Source of the DNA: the human T2T-CHM13v2.0 reference genome, Homo sapiens
Length of the DNA stretch: 64,000 nt
Strand: one strand, 5' to 3'
Assembly: GCF_009914755.1 (NCBI RefSeq)
Contig: NC_060929.1
The notes beneath the pieces are model-generated. The model ran no database searches. It was not told the origin of the DNA and saw only the letters and a list, made by a program, of their open reading frames with translations. Shown piece after piece: positions 59,311 through 64,000 of this stretch (its first letter is position 1; each line of letters starts with the position of its first letter). The translations under genes were made by a program, and so were the position numbers.

Positions 59311-59870
59311 TCATTTGTATATTTAACAGATATTTATTGAGCACCTACTGTGTGCACTTAGGCTCCAAAGATACATCTATGAACAAGGCAGGTGAGATGC
59401 CTGTCATGTTGCTGACCTTCCAGTGGGAAGGAAGACAATACATGGGTAACCCTATCAATATAGTTTCAGCGTCTTTGAAGAAAATAAAGCAGGGGGCTGA
59501 GATAACCCCTTGCTGGAGGGAGAAGGAGCAGGAAACTTAAGTCTATCTAGTCTGAGAGGCCCCTGGGAAAAGGTCACACTTGAGCTGAGCCTCTACTGGT
59601 AAGATGAAGCTGCTTTGGAGATCTAGGGAAAACACTTCAGGTAGGGGAATGGCAGGTGCAAAGGCCCTGAGGCTGGGTGAGGCCCAGTGTTGCTTAAAGA
59701 GCAGAAGAACGCTGGTGTGGCAGGACCAAAGTGAACACAGGCCAGGGTGGTGGGAGATAGATGAGAGGTCCACAGGGACCAGATCACAGAGGGCCAAGTG
59801 GGCAGGTCAGAAAGTGGACTTCTATCCACAGAGCAAGGGGACACCAGTGGAGGGACTCAACCAGGGCCAT
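59310..59870 (-). mobile_element. L2 3' fragment
   Basis: tttaacagatatttattgagcacctactgtgtgc...ggcaggtgcaaaggccctgagg...accagatcacagagggcc. Confidence 0.85.
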
Positions 59871-60992
59871 GCCATGGAGTGAGGACTCTGGCCCTGAGAG
59901 AATAGATCCAGGAAGCCCGGCTCGGTGGCATAGATCTCACTATGACTACTATCTCATCCCTGGGAGATCAGGAGAGCTGGGATCCCTCACACAGACCACT
60001 AGGATTGAGCACAGTCCTCCCACACCCACTGAGCTCGCGGATCTGTTCCCCTTATCCTGACGCCCCAAATGGTGATTCACGTAATGCGACAGTCAATAGC
60101 TGATGCACTCAGGTTAAATTTATGCAGACCTCGTGTGATATTAAAAATCCAGGGAGCATATATTTTGAGCACAGTGGATGCCAAAATGTATCCGCTTTAT
60201 TTAAGGAATTATTGGGCTGGTGTGAGCGGATGTTTATCTGAGCTTTTGCTCCCAGTGGGGGAGAAACAGGTATGCACAGCTTGGTTGCTAAAGATAGGGG
60301 AATCCTCAGTCTGTTTTCATGTAATGGGTCCTGAAATATCACCCCCCACGTTTCCCACCCCCACCTCGGGCTGAGCAGCAGAGCAGATTCACAGAGATCT
60401 GGCTGCGGAAGAGCTTTGCCTGGGAAAGGATTTGAGACCACACGGCCTCGCTTCAGGGTCAGCAGCTGCTGAATAAATTCACACACTCAGTGCACGCCTG
60501 TAATCAGGTCCCTCTGCAAGGCAGGTCTTTGGAGTCCCAATCCCCTGCTTGAACCTGACTCTGTTTCCCCTGTGTAAACTTGTGCTAGGACGCTGGGTCC
60601 AGGTGGTTGCCTCTACCCCTAGAAGACAGGGGCAGTAAGGCCCACCTTGCAGGCTGTTGAGAGGCTGGAAGTGGTGAGGCTCAGAAGTGAGATCTGTGCT
60701 ATTAGCAGATCCGCTCATCCCAGGGTCTTCCCTGGTTCTAGTGGGGGCAGGGTCTTCAGAGCCTGACTGCCTTTGGCCAGTGGCCAGAACAGAGCCAGGA
60801 GGAGGGTGAGGCGCTTGCTGCTCGGAGAGTCCTAGATGAGTCCATTTTACAGATGGCACAGAGGCCTGGGAGGCGAGGCTGAAGGTGGCCTGGCTGAGCC
60901 TGGCCCCGGCCTTCGTCCCCCTCTGACCTTCCCCGCTGAGCCATCTGCCAGCCTGCACTCTCCACGCTAGCTGTCTGCCTGGGCATCCCTTG

Positions 60993-61085
60993 CATTCATT
61001 CAGTTACTCCATCATTCATTCATTCATTCATTCATTCATTCATTCAGTTACTCCTTTCATGCATTCATTCACTCACTAATATTCA
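60993..61085. repeat. (TCAT)n simple repeat
   Basis: Tandem cattcatt, probably an L2 tail. Confidence 0.85.
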
Positions 61086-61869
61086 GCAACTGTTCTTGGG
61101 CCATTTCACAGCCCTGGTTCAAGGCCTTAACTGGGGCATCCGAGGCCGGGAAATTTAGACTGCAGAGGGCTTTGCCCCCCAGCTGGGCTGGGCAGGAGCT
61201 CCACTCTCTGACAGTGGCTCAGAGTGGCCTCAGGTGAGGCTGGGAGACTGGACAGATAGGGAAATGGAGGGAGCTGGGGAGGCTCCCCCAGGACGGGGCT
61301 GGGCAAGACTCCTTCTGAGCTAACGTCTGCCTCTTTCCCACAGTCTTCCAGGAAGAGAGGAGCACTTCAACCTCTAGTTATGGTGAGGTTGGCAGTCAGC
61401 TTCAGCTGGTGACACTTCAGGGTCAAGGACTTTGGGCACAGAAAGATCTGGGTGAAATCTCTGGGTGAAATCTCTCAGCTTGGCCACCACCCTTCCCTCA
61501 GGTAATACCCAGGTCATTTGAAAAGACACCTCCCAGCTCATGCAGTCCCCTCTGCCTGGTGTACCCTTCCTCACACACCCACCTGGCTTCCTTCCCGCCC
61601 CTCACAGATCCCCTCACAGGTCCCCTTTGCAGAGAGGCCTTCTCTGATCACCCTGGATGGAGGGGCCGCCCCCACCCACACATCGTGCTGATTCTTTTGT
61701 CTCAGTCCACATAGCCCCCTTCCTTAGGTCAGGGACCCCAGCTCCCCTCTGAGTGGGGGAGGACAGTGGTCAGTGGCCAACTTTCCTCCCGATGGGACAC
61801 ACCCACCGGCTTCAACTTTGGTGAGGGAGGAATGGGGAAAGGGGATTCACAGTGTGGAATGTTCTGAGA

Positions 61870-61950
61870 TCAGTGCTATTCCTAGCCCCATTTAGCAGGT
61901 GAGGAAATGAGGCTCAGAGAAGTAAAGCACTTGCTTGAGGTCACACAGCA
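61870..61950 (-). mobile_element. MIR SINE remnant
   Basis: cccatttagcaggtgaggaaatgaggctcagagaagtaaagcacttgcttgaggtcacacagc. Confidence 0.8.
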
Positions 61951-62773
61951 GGAGCAGAGAAGGGTGCACACCCAGGTTGGTTGACTGAAGCCCTGGCTGT
62001 TTTCTCCTGGGGAGGTTTGTGAAGAGGTAAGGGGATGACTAGAACACATAGCAAACTGGCTGCAGTAGAGACTGACTGAGCGCGCAACTTCACTTCAATC
62101 TTTCTACCACCCGGGCACTATTTGAATTTTTAAAAAAATTAACTACTGAGTCTTTTGTATTGGCAGTTTGCTGAAAAGAGATATAAAGGACAGAGTGGCC
62201 CAGGGCCTGCTGTGTGAAGTCTCCTGCTCGGTCTCTGTCCCCAGGCTGGGTGGCAGGGTGGCTTTCCCCTCCCCGACCCCCATCTGGCGAGGACAGGGCC
62301 TGTGTTGCTGGGAGACCCTGGCGATCATAAGGGATGGGGTGGAGGATGGTGGCAGATGGGTGGGCACAAGGCCCTTTCAAGGCAGCTGTTAGGATAGGGG
62401 CCTGCTTTGTGGGGTCTTTTCAAGAGCTGTGGCCACACACAACAGGGGATCAGAGAAGCCCCTTTCTTTGCTTTCTTCTTCCACACCTGCTCAGCCACCT
62501 GTTCCTCCAAAGGCTCCGGCCTCTCTCCTTCTCCTCTTGCTGACTCCACTGGGCTCCTCCTCCCTCTCCTGAGCCTCTTCCTGCTCCCCCACTGAGGCCC
62601 TCAGGGCTCCTTACAGACCAGACACCTGCCCTTCTTCCTCCACAAATCCTCAGCGCAGCACACAGCTTGGCTCCCAGGCCTTTGCCTGTGCTGTTCCTCC
62701 CCCATGAGTGCCCTTCCCGCTTGTCGTCACTTGTCAGAGTCTACTCACACCCCTGTTAAGAAAGAGCTCTTCT

Positions 62774-63159
<386 letters not shown>

Positions 63160-63614
63160 TTAGTTGGCATCTGAATGTTTTATCCTAAATGTAAATAGTT
63201 GCAAAGGTAATTTCTAGCGTGCTGTATGCTGAACATGCGCTTTAAATAAAATCTCACCAAAACCTTGGAGCTGTGGATTCCGCTCACTTATTTGCCTGAA
63301 AACTCTTCCATGCACACTGAGCGGCAAAGCCACTGCTCTCCACCGCACCATGCAGCCAGGTCAGGCTGACTTTCAGGCAGGAACTATATGAGTTCATTTT
63401 CTAATCTGCAAACATGCTAATATGCATGTCTGCATCACCTCTCTCTTCTGAATTTTATTTCTAAGTCTAAGACGGACAGGGCATTTGGCACCTGGATGGA
63501 ACGAGGCTTCATCCTTCTGGCTTTCTCATGATGCTGTCTTGCTCTCCTGCCTGGGGATGCTTCCTTAGCACCTGGATGCAAATTGCCTTCCATTTAGTGC
63601 CCTGGAAGACGTTC

Positions 63615-64000
63615 TTTTAAACTTCTTATTGTGAAATTCCACACACAGAGAGAGGGCCCATTGTGTACGGATAAAACTCACGTGAAAACTAAAATGTGCA
63701 GTTCAATAATTGATCAAAAAGCAATCATCAAGTGAAGAAATAGAACATTTCTAGCTCCCCAGAACCCAGCCTTGGGCCACTGCTAATCACTACTCCTCCC
63801 TCTTGTTCAAAGGCAATCACCGTCCTGCATTTTACGATAGGCATTTCTTGCTTTTCTTTTGAGTTTTATCACCTACACACGCTGGGCTTTGAACATCATG
63901 TAAGTGGAGTCCCGTAGTATGCATTCTTTTGTGTCTGGCTTCTTTCACAGAACATTATGTGTGTGAATCACTCGGGTCGCTGTGTGTAGCTGTATTTTGT
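63615..64000 (-). mobile_element. L1M (L1MC/ME-like) 3' fragment, runs off window
   Basis: aagaaatagaacatttctagctccccagaa...gtagtatgcattcttttgtgtctggcttctttcac. Confidence 0.8.

Overview
This is primate (most likely human or great ape) non-coding euchromatic DNA, intergenic or deep intronic. I found no credible protein-coding exon, RNA gene or CRISPR array; the supplied ORFs are explained by repeats, low-complexity DNA or chance. The window is dominated by interspersed repeats: 17 Alus (AluJ/S/Y, most with visible target-site duplications), many MIR and L2 remnants, old L1M pieces including an L1MA nested in an older L1, MaLR/ERVL solo LTRs and DNA-transposon MITEs. It also has two minisatellites and long GA- and CA-rich tracts. 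Repeat family names come from recalled consensus sequences rather than a database search, and boundaries of old repeats are approximate. The most unusual structure is a ~610 bp CpG-rich insertion at 53959-54580. It is bounded by a 14-bp TSD, ends in ATTAAA plus poly(A), and looks like the end of exon 1 and the start of intron 1 of a KRAB zinc-finger gene, i.e. an unspliced, intronically polyadenylated retrocopy that keeps its ATG and splice donor. Nested inside it is a second TSD-flanked retroposed piece of a MER21-type LTR.
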